From the NCBI GenBank assembly GCA_951406725.2, contig OX597838.1, positions 41,168,001-41,232,000 of the forward strand: a stretch of DNA of 64,000 bases. The letters run 5' to 3'. The position numbers were made by a program, and so were the translations under genes. Under the pieces are notes generated by a model that was not told the origin of the DNA, did no database searches, and saw nothing but the letters and a program-made list of their open reading frames with translations. Shown in pieces: positions 49,681 to 62,995 of this stretch (its first letter is position 1; each line of letters opens with the position of its first letter). The DNA is from Octopus vulgaris. Lineage: Eukaryota.

Positions 49681-50475
49681 GAATCTCTTAACTGCAAGCA
49701 GCCATGTAGCTGCTCTACTCCAACCACTTCCCTCAAACCTTAACCCCCAATCTAACACAGAGGCAACACCCTTCCTCCCTGGGTTTGTTGATTTGTGAGC
49801 TGCATGGTGACCTCGAGTGCCAGTGGCACAAAAAGAAGCAGTACACCCTGTAAAGGGGTTGGCATCAGGAAAGGTATCCAGCTGTGGAAACCATGCCAAA
49901 GCAGACCCTGGAGTCCGATTCAGTCCCTGACTCACCAGCTCCTTGTCAATCCATCCAATCCATGTCGGCATGGGTTAGAGATATCGTTAAAGGATAACGT
50001 TATCTCTCGTTAGTTGTGTAGTATTTATTTCATATTTCCATCTCGGTGAAGTCTTGTGGCTTAGTGGTTAAGACATTCGGCTCATGAGCGTAAGGTTGTG
50101 AGTTCAATTCTGGCATCGTGTTGTCCTGCAGCAAAACCCTTTATTTCTCGTTGTTGCATCTGTCCATTCAGCTGGCAAAGATGAGTTGTATCCGTAACTC
50201 AAAGGACCAGCCTTGACCACATTGTCTCAGGCTGAGTCTCCCTGAAAATTACGTTGTCTGCAGCATCCTCAGCCTCTTGCATGTGAATTTTCCCAAGCAG
50301 GATGTTCCTTTGATCGAATCAACTGGAAACCTTGTCGTTGGAACCAATGGAGTCCCAGTTATTTTTCTCATTGCTGTTTGTCCTCCCTGATCAGGGCTTC
50401 ACTTCATTCAAAGATTTTGCATGTTGGACAAACAAATATATATGTGTGTGTGTGTGTGTGTATTTATATATATAG

Positions 50476-50770
50476 TGGAGGTGCAATGGCCCAGTGGTTA
50501 AGGCAGTGGGCTCGCGGTCGTAGGATCGCAGTTTCGATTCCCAGACCAGGTGTTGTGAGTGTTTATTGAGCGAAAACACCTAAAGAGGCTCCGGCAGGGG
50601 GTGGTGGTGATCCCTGCTGTACTCTTTCGCCACAACTTTCTCTCACTCTTTCTTCTGTTGGCCTGCTTGCTTAGCCAGCGGGGTGGCGTCATTTGAAGGC
50701 TAAAACAATGCGAAGCGCATTGTGACCAGCGATGTGTAGCAACATTTGATAGCCTGGTCGGTCACGTGAC
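50476..50770 (+). mobile_element. SINE family G head with a different 3' tail
   Basis: First about 170 bp match family G, then diverge. Confidence 0.7.
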
Positions 50771-51510
50771 ATGATATATATATATATATATATATAGTGT
50801 GAGTATAAATTCCTTGTGCAGTTATAATTTTGTATAATTTTAGTTCAATATACAGCAGAATTAATCTGTATTATAATCAACCAGATGTACTTATTGTATA
50901 CTAGCTTAAATGCTGTACTCTTAAGCTAGCTCCTGCAGAGGGCTAATTGGGTCCATGGCCCAAAACTGGAAAGGGCAATAATAATAAAGCATTTGTTGGT
51001 ACCCTATTAACATGGTATAAATTTAGAATATTCAAGTACCAAATGAAGGGCAGATTTTCAATCCCGGGATCATCCTAATTCCAAAAAAGGTATGTCTCTC
51101 TCTAGACTGAGATGCAGGGGTTCTGGACAGACAGAATTCCACGTTTATTATTTTCCACAGGTTTGTCCTAGATTTCCAGACTAATTCATCCCTTGTTTCA
51201 TATGTTCTAAGTAAAACAAAGCATTCCTTTGAAGTCCCAAGTTACTGTGGTGGCTGGATGCCAGAGAGATGGGTCTTACGCAGCCCCTTATACACAGGAC
51301 AGGCTGAGGGTTATCTTTTGATCTTTTGCCTGTTTCAGTCATTAAACTGTGGCCATGCTGGGGCACCACTTTCAAGAATTTAAGTCAAACGAATTGATCT
51401 CAACACTTTGTTTTAAATGCTTGGCACTTATTCTATTGGTTTCTTTTGTTGAACAGCTAAGTTATGGGGACGTAAACAAACCAGCACTGGTTATCAAGCG
51501 GTAGTTGGGA

Positions 51511-51541
<31 letters not shown>

Positions 51542-51726
51542 TAATGGGGCAGGCATGGTTGTGTGGTAAGAAGATTGCTTCCTAAACACATGGTTCTGGG
51601 TTCAGTCCAACTGCATGGCAACTTGGGCAAGTGTCTTCTATAACCTCGGGCCTACCAAAGCCTTGTGAGTGGATTTGGTAGGACTGAAAGAAGCTCATCC
51701 TCTGTGGGGGTGTGTGTGTATACATA

Positions 51727-51775
<49 letters not shown>

Positions 51776-52345
51776 GTTTGTCCCCCACCACTGCTTGACA
51801 ACTGGTGTTGGTGTGTTTATATCCCTGTAACTTAGTGGGTTCGACAAGTGACCAGGCTTTTTTTACTTATGGATCTCTTTGATTATTTTATTTTGGTAGA
51901 CCCCCCCCACCATAGCCATTGAATGTTTAAAAACTTGTTTTACAGATATCTTTTAAAATCCCTATTTTGCTCTTCATACATTCACTTGTGTAGGCTGAAC
52001 TGTACTGGAGTCAATTTGTTTGTCAAAAAATTCAAGGTGGTGCCCCAGCATGGCCACAGTCTGACTGAAACAAACAAAAGAATACATGCGCATGTGTGGC
52101 AGGCTTCTTTCAGTTTCCATTTACCCTTTGGTTGGCTCGAGGCTATAGTTAGTTGACACTTGCCCAAGGTGCCACACAATCAGACTGAACCAGGAAGCAA
52201 ACTTCTTACCACCCAGCCAAGCAGTGCCCAATGATCTGTTGCAGGGCTTCTGAGACTGATGGGAGGAAGGGAGCTGTCCCCAAAGCAGAAGACTGGCCTG
52301 GCACAGGTGTTCCAGGTAGTGCTGTTGATTGAACTGACTCTACTC

Positions 52346-53078
52346 CAGTGTTTCTCAACCACTTTTTTTTTAACCTATGAACCTCTCTGATTACTATATT
52401 TTATTCTAGTAGACCCCTATAGCCATTGGATGTTTAAAAACTAATCATAGGTGCAGGAGTGGCTGTGTGGTAAGTAGCTTGCTTACCAACCACATGGTTC
52501 CGGGTTCAGTCCCACTGCGTGGCATCTTGGGCAAGTGTCTTCTACTGTAGCCTCGGGCCAACCAAAGCCTTGTGAGTGGATTTGGTAGACGGAAACTGAA
52601 AGAAGCCCGTCGTATATATGTATATATATATATATGTGTGTTTGTGTGTCTGTGTTTGTCCCCCTAGCATTGCTTGACAACCGATGCTGGTGTGTTTACG
52701 TCTCCGTCACTTAGCGGTTCGGCAAAAAGAGACCGATAGAATAAGTACTGGGCTTACAAAAAGAATAAGTCCCGGGGTCGATTTGCTCGAGTAAAGGCGG
52801 TGCTCCAGCATGGCCGCAGTCAAATGACTGAAACAAGTAAAAGAGTAAAAAGAGAGAGATATAGATGCCTTTTTTCAAAATTCCTATTTTGTTTTTCGTA
52901 CATTCACTTGTGGAGGCTGAACTATGAGAAACGCCAGAGAAAGAAACCAACATGTTTCTTGCCATAAATACATGTAAAGCAAAATTTTTGCATGTGCCCT
53001 TGAAATAATACTGTAAACCCTGTTTTGCTTGCGTTGACCCCCACCAAATCTTATATGGACTCCAGTTGAGAATCACTG
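52346..53078. mobile_element. hAT-like MITE with nested SINE (52449-52850)
   Basis: TIRs cagtgtttctcaac / gttgagaatcactg; perfect 8-bp TSD ctctactc. Confidence 0.85.
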
Positions 53079-53447
53079 CTCTACTCATTTTTATAGTATT
53101 GGTGTTTGCTTTTAATGCACAACCTTCTGGGACCATCACCACCTCCTGTATTGGTAAGCTATATACAGGGGTGGGCGAGCTGGCAGAACTGTTAGCACGC
53201 CGGGCGAAATGCGTAGCCGTATTTCGTTGCTTAATATGAGTGGAATGTTGCTGGTTCAATTCAGGAATGACTGTTTCCTTCAGCATGGTAAATATTAACT
53301 TATATACCTTCTTTTGCTTCACCCCTTTATAAAAGACAGCGAGTTAAGTTTGTCACCCACATAAGCCCTGGTAGGATTTGTACTCATCACAGAGCCAGAA
53401 CTTCTGGTCCCTTCTTACATTTCCCACTAATTCCCTTTTTTGCATTA

Positions 53448-53487
<40 letters not shown>

Positions 53488-54000
53488 TCGATCCTTGCTC
53501 TGAGAGGATGAAAGGCAAAACTGAACATCGCTGGCAGAATCAGTTATCTATAGAATGAGATTTAGAAATTAAACTAGTCTTTTACGCAGCCCCATAAATT
53601 AACCGTAAACTTGAAGTGACAGAATTTATTTAAAAATAATTATTTTGAGTGATAAGATATTTCTGATTTCTGAATGGTTTTACTGATTAATTCTAGCATA
53701 GAATTAAAGTTATAGAACCTTAAAATGGCATATGGACTTTATAATGAGTCCCAAAGATAACTGAATTGAATCTGGACCAACATAGATGTATGCCGGAAAT
53801 GGTTTGCTCTTTCCTGCTGTGATCAAAGATCATTGAAAGAATTTCAATAAGTTCATATTGATGAAAATCCAGTTAGAGCCAACCTACTGAATATAGGGAA
53901 GGGAAAAATCTAATTCTGTAACTTGAAGAAAGCAATTAGTTGAATCCTGAATATTAATTTAAGCATTTAGCATTCAAACACACCATATCCGACCCAAATG

Positions 54001-54382
54001 TGGAGGCGCAATGGCCCAGTGGTTAGGGCAGTGGACTCACGGTCGTAGGATCGCGGTTTCGATTCCCAGACTGGGCGTTGTGAGTGTTTATTGAGCGAAA
54101 ACACCTAAAGCTCCACGAGGCTCCGGCAGGGATGGTGGTGATCCCTGCTGTACTCTTTCACCACAACTTTCTCTCACTCTTACTTCCTGTTTCTGTTGTA
54201 CCTGTATTTCAAAGGGCCAGCCTTGTCATTCTCTGTGTCACGCTGAATATCCCCGAGAACAACGTTAAGGGTACACGTGTCTGTGGAGTGCTCAGCCACT
54301 TACACATTAATTTCACGAGCAGGCTGTTCCGTTGATTCGGATCAACCGGAACCCTCGTCATCGTAACCGACGGAGTGCTTCC
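54001..54382 (+). mobile_element. SINE family G inserted into a piggyBac-like MITE
   Basis: Flanked by 13-bp TSD atccgacccaaat. Confidence 0.87.
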
Positions 54383-54735
54383 CATCCGACCCAAATATTC
54401 TATTCTGTGTTCTAAGTGGCCAGCTCGGGTCTCTCACACCTATCCTACAATGTCATTCTAAAGATAAGCAATTACATCATCGAAAACTTGTAGCTACAGG
54501 ATAATACATGATTAATTCAAAGCAATATGAATAAATAAGCATTATATTTGTCTGAGTAATCTGAAGGCTAATGGGTCAATCTGATCTTGGCTATCTCTGC
54601 ACATGTTTCTCTCTTGTTAGACCTCTTCAGCAGTAATGCTCTACAAGAGTAGGGTCCAATAAAATCCCTGCAGCATGCTCTCATATAATGCTTAAATCCA
54701 ACACCTTTATTCAAATATCACATAAATATTATATA

Positions 54736-55138
54736 TCTCTTTTACTTGTTTCAGTCATTTGACTGTGGCCATGCTGGAGCACTGCCTTTAGTCGAGCAAA
54801 TCGACCCCAGGACTTATTCTTTGGAAGCCTACTACTTATTCTATTGGTCTCTTTTGCCGAATCGCTAAGTTACGGGGATGTAAACACACCAGCATCGGTT
54901 GTCAAGCGATGCTGGGGGGACAAACATAGACACACAAACATATATATACACACATACATATGTATACATATATATGACAGGCTTCTTTCAGTTTCCGTCT
55001 ACCAAATCTACTCACATAGCTTTGGTCGGCTCGAAGCTATAGTAGAAGACACTTACCCAAGGTGCCACGCAGTGGGACTGAACCCGGAACCATGTGGTTG
55101 GTAAGCAAGCTACTTACCACACAGCCACTCCTATGCCT
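54736..55138 (-). mobile_element. SINE family A
   Basis: Reverse complement copy. Confidence 0.85.
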
Positions 55139-55579
55139 ATTTTTAAAAAATTTATTATTATTATTTATATTCCTACTATATTACATGCAGGCACTAATTT
55201 AACTCTTATTTTTCATGAAGATAGAAACCACTAGTAAATTCCTCCCAGTAATAATTATTTCTGAGCTCCATTATTGTACATCAACAGTGATTTTCTTCAT
55301 GTGTTAAATGTAGAGAAGGCTATGCTGGACCTCCTTTGCTGAGGAGGTCCAACAATATAAACCGTGTGGTTTTGTTTCCACTTGTACTGTAACCAAAGTC
55401 AGATTAAACTGTTATTCAAATAATTGGTTTCTTCACCCCACATAACCAAATTTTATTTTCCCCGACATTGAGAGTACGGTTTAAGACTACAGACTAGAAT
55501 AGGGAGAAATAATATACTTTGTGTGTGTGTGTATGTATGTATGTATATATAAATGATAAATGTGTATGTATGTATGTAT

Positions 55580-55913
55580 GTGAAGGCGCATGGCTCAGTG
55601 GTTAGAGCGTTGAGCTTACGATTGTGAGGCTGTAAGTTCGAATCCCGGACCGGGCTGCATGTTGTGTTTATGAGCAAGACACTTTATTTCTCGCTGTTCC
55701 AGTTCACTCAGCTGTAGAAATGAGTTGCTATGTCTATGGTGCGAAGCTGTATCGGCCCCTTTGCCTTTCCCTAGGATAACACTGGTGGCGTAGAGAGGGG
55801 AGGCCGGTATGCATGGGCGTCTGCTGGTCTTCCATAAACAACCTTGCCCGGACTTGTGCCTGGGAGGGGAACTTTTTAGGTGCAACCCCATGGTCATTCA
55901 TGACCGAAGGGGG
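55580..55913 (+). mobile_element. SINE family H
   Basis: A box tggctcagtgg, B box gttcgaatccc; matches the 6183 copy. Confidence 0.82.
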
Positions 55914-55963
55914 TCTCAGCATGTATGTATGTATATATATATGTGTGTGTGTGTGTATACTCA

Positions 55964-56345
55964 TGCCTGTGCTAGTAGGGTGCCAAGAGCACCATCCGAG
56001 CGTGATCGTTTCCAGAACAGCCAACTGGCTTCCGTACCCGTGGCACGTACAAAGGCACCATTCGAGTGTGATCGTTACCAACGTCGCTTCACTGGCATGT
56101 GTAAAAAGATTCAAGCGAGGTCATTGCCAATACTGCCTGACTGGCCCCCTTGCTGGTGGCACGTAATAAGCACCCACTACACTCTCGGAGTGGTTGGCGT
56201 TAGGAAGGGCATCCAGCTGTAGAAACTCTGCCAAATCAAGATTGGAGCCTGGTGCAGCCGTCTGGCTCGCCAGCCCTCAGTCAAAATCGTCCAACCCATG
56301 CTAGCATGGAAAGCAGACGTTAAACGATGATGATGATGATGATGA
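55964..56345 (+). mobile_element. Retroposon family C
   Basis: Repeat units + (GAT)n tail. Confidence 0.75.
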
Positions 56346-56689
56346 TTCAGAATTCAAGCGAATCAGGGCCTTATCACATACAAACAATATTTGAAGGACA
56401 AATACGTACTTACTGAAGTAAACACTGACTTATACTCCAGTTGTGTGTACAATCACAAATGGTCGACTGAATATTCAATGATTCTCAAGGTTGCACCTTG
56501 GCACAAACGCTGCACCAATTGCACTGTACTCGACAGACTCCAGTTCCCTGCGAATTGGTTAAGAAGCGTGTTTTCCAAACATGCGTGATGCCTTGGGCAA
56601 GTATCTTCATTGGCTCTAGATCAACAAATGTCTTGTGAATGGATTTAGTAGACAGAAACTGAAACAAGCTTGTCGGATGTGTGTACTTT

Positions 56690-57058
56690 TATTCTTTAAC
56701 TTGTTTCAGTCGTTTGACTGTGGTCATGCTGGAGCACTGCTTTAAAGGGTGTTAGTTGAAGAAATCGACCCCAGGACTTATTCTTTGTAAGCCTAGTACT
56801 TATTCTATCGGTGTCTTTGCTGAACCGCTAAGTTACAGGGACATAAACACATCTGCATTAGTTGTCAAGCGATGGTGGAGACACACACACACATACGGCA
56901 GGCTTCTTCCAGTTTCCGTCTACCAAATCCTCTTATAAGGCTTTGGTTGGCCAAGGGCTATAGTAGAAGACACTTGCCCGAGGTGTCACACTGTGGAACT
57001 GAACCTGGAACCATGTAGTTGGGAAGTAAGCTTCTTACCACACAGCCAAGCCTGCACC
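56690..57058 (-). mobile_element. SINE family A (diverged)
   Basis: Reverse complement copy with more substitutions. Confidence 0.75.
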
Positions 57059-57844
57059 TATAATGTATAAAATGTGTGTCCCCCTGCCCAACACCGCTCG
57101 GCAACAAGTGTTGGTTTGTTTACATCACCATAACTTAGGGGTTCAGCAAAACAGACTTATAGCATAAGTACAAGGCTTAAAGTAAAAGGGTACTGGGATC
57201 GATTCATTCAACCAAACCCTTGAAGGGTGTGCCCCTGCATGGGTGAAAGTCCAACGACTGAAACAAATCCTTTCACAACACTCTGCTGGAAATTGAACTC
57301 ACGACCTTATGCTCCTGAGCTGAATACCCTAACCACTAAGCCACGTGCCGTTGCAAACAACAGCAACTACAACAACAATAGACATGGACCAACAAGGGAG
57401 TTTCTATGTGGTTGTTGGACCTGCTAGAAATCGTAGTCAAATTTCCCTTGACTCACTCACTATCTTCTGAAGAAATAATAAAAAAAAAAGAGTGACACGG
57501 ACAATAAATATTGTCATAAGTACACTAATATTAAAAGACGGGATGGTCACGAGTGGATCGCCTTTTATCATGTATCTGATGGAAACAGACGAAGGTTTAC
57601 CACCACCAACAACAACTTGAATAAGGAGAAAAACAACAAATACACAGAAACAACAACGGCTTTTAAGCTTAAAATTACAATTTTATTAAATTCAAATTTT
57701 ATTAAATGGCGGTGCCCCAGCATGGCCACAGCTCGTGACCTGAAACTAGATAAAATAAAAAAAAAAATTAAAAAAAAAAAAACGTTTGGTTTACTGTATA
57801 ACACACACACACACACACAACCTCCCCCTCCTCCCCTCTCTCTT

Positions 57845-57883
<39 letters not shown>

Positions 57884-58014
57884 ACCCCTAAGCTCTCTCT
57901 CACACAAATTCCCTATCATATTTCCTCTTCTCTCGTTCACTCTCTTTCTAATCTGCCTCACTCTCTTTCGCTTTTCCTTTCTTTCTTTCCATTGTTTCAC
58001 TCTCACTTAAATTC

Positions 58015-58045
<31 letters not shown>

Positions 58046-58072
58046 CCCCTCTAGTTCTTTTTGTCACTCTTC

Positions 58073-58477
58073 TATGTATGTATGTGTGTGTATGTGTATG
58101 TATGTATGTGTGTATGTATGTATGTGTGTGTGTATGTATGTGTGTGTGTGTGTATATGTATGTATGTATGTGTGTATGTATGTATGTATGTATGTATGTG
58201 TGTATGTATGCATGTATGTGTGTGTTTGTATGTATGTGTGTGTGTATGTATGTATGTATGTATGTATGTATGTATGTTTATATTTATGTATGTATGCATG
58301 CATGCGTGTGTATGTATGTATGTATGTATGTGTGTGTGTGTGTGTATATGTATGTATGTATGTGTGTATGTATGTATGTGTGTTTGTATGTATGTATGTA
58401 TGTATGTATGTATGTATGTATGTTTATATGTATGTATGCATGCATGCGTGTGTATGTATGTATGTATGTATGTATGT
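58073..58477. repeat. Compound (TATG)n/(TG)n microsatellite
   Basis: Direct reading. Confidence 0.95.
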
Positions 58478-58547
58478 TTACTTATCTATCTGTTATTATA
58501 TTTTTCTTTTCCATCTTTTTAATACGTTTCTTTCTCCTCCTCAGCTA

Positions 58548-58805
58548 CTACTTAAGAAGAATGTACCCGGTGCACGCACTCACGTACCCGCGCATCCGCG
58601 CTAGCTAGTCACGACTAGTCGATCCTTACTTTGTGTTTTTGTGTTTTATTTACTTGGTTTTTAAAAAAATTATTTACTTTGTGTAAAAAAATTATTTATT
58701 TTGTGTTTTATTTACTTTGCTCGGTAGTCGTTGTAGGATCGACTAGTCAGGACTAGCTAGCGCAGATGCGTGAGTGCGCACACCGGGACCACTCTTCCTA
58801 AGTAG
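58548..58805. mobile_element. MITE with about 75-bp imperfect TIRs and TA flanks (Tc1/mariner-like)
   Basis: ta|ctacttaagaag...gactagtcgatcct vs aggatcgactagtc...cttcctaagtag|ta; AT-rich spacer. Confidence 0.75.
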
Positions 58806-58894
58806 TACCCATTTCCCCCCTCTCCCTATATATATGTATGTGTGTGTGTGTGTGTACGTGTGGGTACCGTCGCATCACTTCTCTAAATTCTTCT

Positions 58895-59640
58895 TCAAGG
58901 CCATCTATTACCAAAAGCGCCGCGGTTCCAACCCCCTGTTGCAGGGTTCCCCGCATTGGGGTCCGCTGGTGCAGAATCTGTACCAGTTTGCTCTCTGCCA
59001 TCATTCAGCCTCACGCCAGCGGTTCGATTTCGATTCCCGTTGACATCGACTTGTTCTGGTTGTTGTCCCCCATTTTGCTGTCGACGGACGAAGTTGAAAG
59101 CCCCAGGTGTAAAAATACCAAAATCTGGTCTCCCCACAAAACCATTGTTGTTATTATTATTATTCCATGGTCCAGTGCTTCCAGGCCAGTTACCACGTGG
59201 TACTGCACCGTTGTTGACACCACCCCATGGTGCCTGTTGACCGTTATTGTTCCATTGAGGATTTCTGCCCCATTGTCTTCCTGCGAAGCCGTTGTTGTTG
59301 TTCCATGGATTTGCAGGATTCACTCCAACACCACCAGCACCAGCGCCACCAATTACTCCATTGGCACCATTTGCAGGATTCCAGGGACCGAAGTTTCCAT
59401 TCGCATTGTTGTTGTTGTTGATGCCTCTAAATAAATTGCATGTCTGTTGATTACCAGGTGAACAACGATGTAACACCGGATTGAAGATATTGTTGTTCCG
59501 TCTGCACCGCCTCACAGTCGCTACTGCGTTTTGACATTGCAGAAATCGGCGGCATGTCGGGTCGTTAAAATCTTCGAAGAAGCCATTCGGAGCTGGACAA
59601 AAGTTCCTCACTTGGCCCTGAATGAGAACCACATCAGTCA
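58895..59640 (-). CDS. Terminal exon of a probably secreted chitin-binding type-2 (peritrophin-A/CBM14) domain protein with an N/G/P/W/R-rich tail
   Basis: Cys spacing C-x14-C-x5-C-x9-C-x13-C-x7-C fits the peritrophin-A consensus. Minus-strand acceptor ttccatttcag ends at 59641 (phase 1), TGA at 58897-58895. The leading TDVVLIQG resembles the end of a signal peptide; the upstream exon was not identified. Confidence 0.85.
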
Positions 59641-59926
59641 CTGAAATGGAAGAAATCGTGTATTAAGGATAGATATATCATTGAGAACAATAGATTTAGT
59701 TGGTGGTCTTGTTATTTCTATTCTAGCTTTTGGTGAAGTAGAAGAGGTCAGAAAGGGTCAAGTGGTGAAGACATTATTTCGGCCTAGCTAATGGCATCTG
59801 GAAAATGTAAAACTGCTGTCAGAGAAAAACCATTGTTCCACCGTGGGAAAAGTTCTGCTGCAGTGTTAATTTAAATTTGGCTATGGTGGATCGAATCCAC
59901 TTCATTCTTGCAAGATCCACTACATC

Positions 59927-59969
<43 letters not shown>

Positions 59970-60657
59970 TATATATGTGTGTGTGTGTGTGTGTGGTTCA
60001 AAACTGTACAAAAAGCAAAAAAGACAGGGATGGGAACAACAGAAAAGGTGTATTGATTTGACGCTCAGGAAAAACAGAAAAGTCTTTGACGTTCCGAGCC
60101 TACACTCTTCTACAAAAGGAAATAAGGAGAGAAAACAGACTGAGAGAGGAATGAAAAAAAACCACGTGCCTGAATTAACAGTTGCAGATGTTGAATTGAC
60201 CGGAAGGAAGGTAGTGGTTGGACACAAGGGAGACAGCAGTAACCCGGCTAAAGTGTGTGTGTACAAGCGTGTTTGTGTATACATACATACACATACATAC
60301 ACACATAATACATATATACATTGCCAAAAATTCTCAAATCTTTATTTAATTTGCTTTGTGGGAAGGATTGTTTCAACGAAGTCGTGTCTCGCCTTTACCT
60401 TCGAAATGAGGAGTAGATGAAACAGAGGCGACTGAAGAAGGGGAAGGTTCCGTGTGTTGTATATCTTGTACTCTATTTTTTCGTTGTTTAAGAAAAATGT
60501 CCATTTCCTTGGCTTTGTTTTTATGTTTTCGTTTCTCATTGTGTTTGACGTTTTTTTTTTTGGTGTCCTGTACCCATATATGCATGCATATATACATATA
60601 GATGTAGGTAATATATATATGTATGTATATATGCATATGTTTTATTTATTATTTTGT

Positions 60658-60697
<40 letters not shown>

Positions 60698-60699
60698 GG

Positions 60700-61155
60700 T
60701 GGATTCTCTTGTCGTGAACGCTAAATGAGAGTTTAGTAAAAGGAACAAGATGAGGATTCAGTGTTTGCTTGAGTGCTTGGGGATCATTTACTATGTGTTT
60801 CCTTGAGTGGACAGTAAGGGGCCTGCTTTGCTTCTTTCCACAAAACCACAATGACAGGTAAGGTTTCCATTTAGAGGAGCAGTGTTGTGCCAGCGTGCCT
60901 TCATGCTTGCACGAAGTTGGTTCTGGTGTTGGAGTCGATTTTGCTCAAATTTTTGCACTGAGAAGAAGCAGGACTGGCGCCAGGCCCCGGGTTCTTATAT
61001 TTTGTTTTCCCAGGAAGAAAAAGGAATGTTGCATCGTTTCACATTGTCTTTGAAGCACAAGAGTGGCTTTCCAGCTGGTCTTCCTGTTGGGAATTGGCCA
61101 AAGAGAAGTTGCTTTGGAATTCTGATATCACTCATAAGTGAGAGATGACCTGACC
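60700..61155 (-). mobile_element. RTE (BovB-like) LINE 3' fragment
   Basis: GHLSLMSDIRIPKQLLFGQFPTGRPAGKPLLCFKDNVKRCNIPFSSWE..., followed by a degenerate CGK...H...H zinc knuckle. Confidence 0.75.
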
Positions 61156-61156
61156 G

Positions 61157-61412
61157 TATGTATGTATGTATGTATGTATGTATGTATGTATGTATGTATG
61201 TATGTATGTATGTATGTATGTATGTATGTATGTATGTATGTATGTATGTATGTATGTATGTATGTATGTATGTATGTATGTATGTATGTATGTATGTATG
61301 TATGTATGTATGTATGTATGTATGTATGTATGTATGTATGTATGTATGTATGTATGTATGTATGTATGTATGTATGTATGTATGTATGTATGTATGTATG
61401 TATGTATGTATG
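61157..61412. repeat. Perfect (TATG)n microsatellite
   Basis: Direct reading. Confidence 0.97.
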
Positions 61413-61430
61413 TACGTACGTACGTACGTG

Positions 61431-61480
<50 letters not shown>

Positions 61481-61635
61481 ATAATTATGTAATTACGAGT
61501 ATAATTATTTGAAAAAATTGTTGTTTAAGTTTACCGATAATGGTTCTTTAAACATGCCGAATCTACTTGGTAGAATTATTGATGATTATTAATTAATTAA
61601 TTAATTTTACCCTTTATTATTATTGATTATATATA

Positions 61636-61687
<52 letters not shown>

Positions 61688-61688
<1 letters not shown>

Positions 61689-62094
61689 CTCTTTACTCTT
61701 TTACTTGTTTCAGTCATTTGACTGCGGCCATGCTGGAGCACCGCCTTTAGTCGCACAACTCGACCCCGGGACTTATTCTTTTTAAGCCCAGTACTTATTC
61801 TATCGGTCTCTTTTGCCGAACCGCTAAGTGACGGGGACATAAACACACCAGCATCGGTTGTCAAGCAATGCTAGGGGGACAAACACAGACACACAAACAT
61901 ACACGCACACACATATATATATATACATATATACGACAGGCTTCTTTCAGTTTCCGTCTAGCAAATCCACTCACAAGGCCTTGGTCGGCCCGGGGCTATA
62001 GCAGAAGACACTTGCCCAAGGTGCCATGTAGTGGGACTGAGCCCGGAACCATGTGGTTGGTAAACAAGCTACTTACCACACAGCCACTCCTGCG

Positions 62095-62097
<3 letters not shown>
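61688..62097 (-). mobile_element. SINE family A
   Basis: Reverse complement copy embedded in (TA)n. Confidence 0.85.
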
Positions 62098-62149
<52 letters not shown>

Positions 62150-62742
62150 TATATATATATATATTAATTATATATAATTAATAAAATTAATAAATTTTAC
62201 CGAGTAGTTTCGGTATGGAAAAAAACCCCCATTATCGGTAAAAGCTTGTACCAAAATTTTTTTTTATATAATTATAAATATAATTAAAGGTTTAGCAACA
62301 AGTTGCTTCACCACGTAACGGAAATTTAGAAATAGCAGCCAAAAAACAGCTAATTCTTTTTACTACAAATATGACTCCACAGACAACAATATGGCAAAAA
62401 GAAGAACAAACAACGAAATTAAACAGTCTACGATAAATTATGGACGCGTTTCTGGATTAGAATTATACAAATTCATTTCCTTCATCGGCATTGTAATGAA
62501 ATAATACAAAGTAATAAAATGAGTGAGGACCAACCTAGTATGAAGATTGCTGCAAAGAGAATCATGATCCGTTCTGAACTGATGCAGTTTGTAAAGTGGA
62601 TTTGATTGAAACACAGAATTGTGGGATCCTGGTGTGTGCTCGGTTGTTCTAGAATATTCTGTTGGTATGTTCTCTGTCCTCTCCACTTTATCCAACTCTG
62701 CTAATGCACACCCCTATGTTCTGCTGTTTTATAACAGCTCAA

Positions 62743-62789
<47 letters not shown>

Positions 62790-62851
62790 CTTCTTCTTCT
62801 TCTTCTTCTTCTTCTTCTTCTTCTTCTTCTTCTTCTTCTTCTTCTTCTTCT
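62743..62851. repeat. (CTAT)n followed by (CTT)n
   Basis: Direct reading. Confidence 0.95.
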
Positions 62852-62995
62852 CTGTAAATATAGACATCTCTCGGTGTACCCCTGCCCACGCGGACATGCC
62901 CCCACCCTCCCCTTTCCCATTTGCTTCTAGGCGTATGTGTGTGTATGCATACATACATATATAAATGCATACATACTTACACACAGTGTGTGTGA

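Noticed and set aside
58838-59434. Plus-strand ORFs overlapping the chitin-binding exon
   Set aside because: Antisense shadow of a GC-richer, repetitive coding exon
60084-60118. Hammerhead relative of the 1477 motif on the minus strand
   Set aside because: Core reads uguaga and GGAAC instead of CUGANGA and GAAAC, so it is not a plausible active ribozyme
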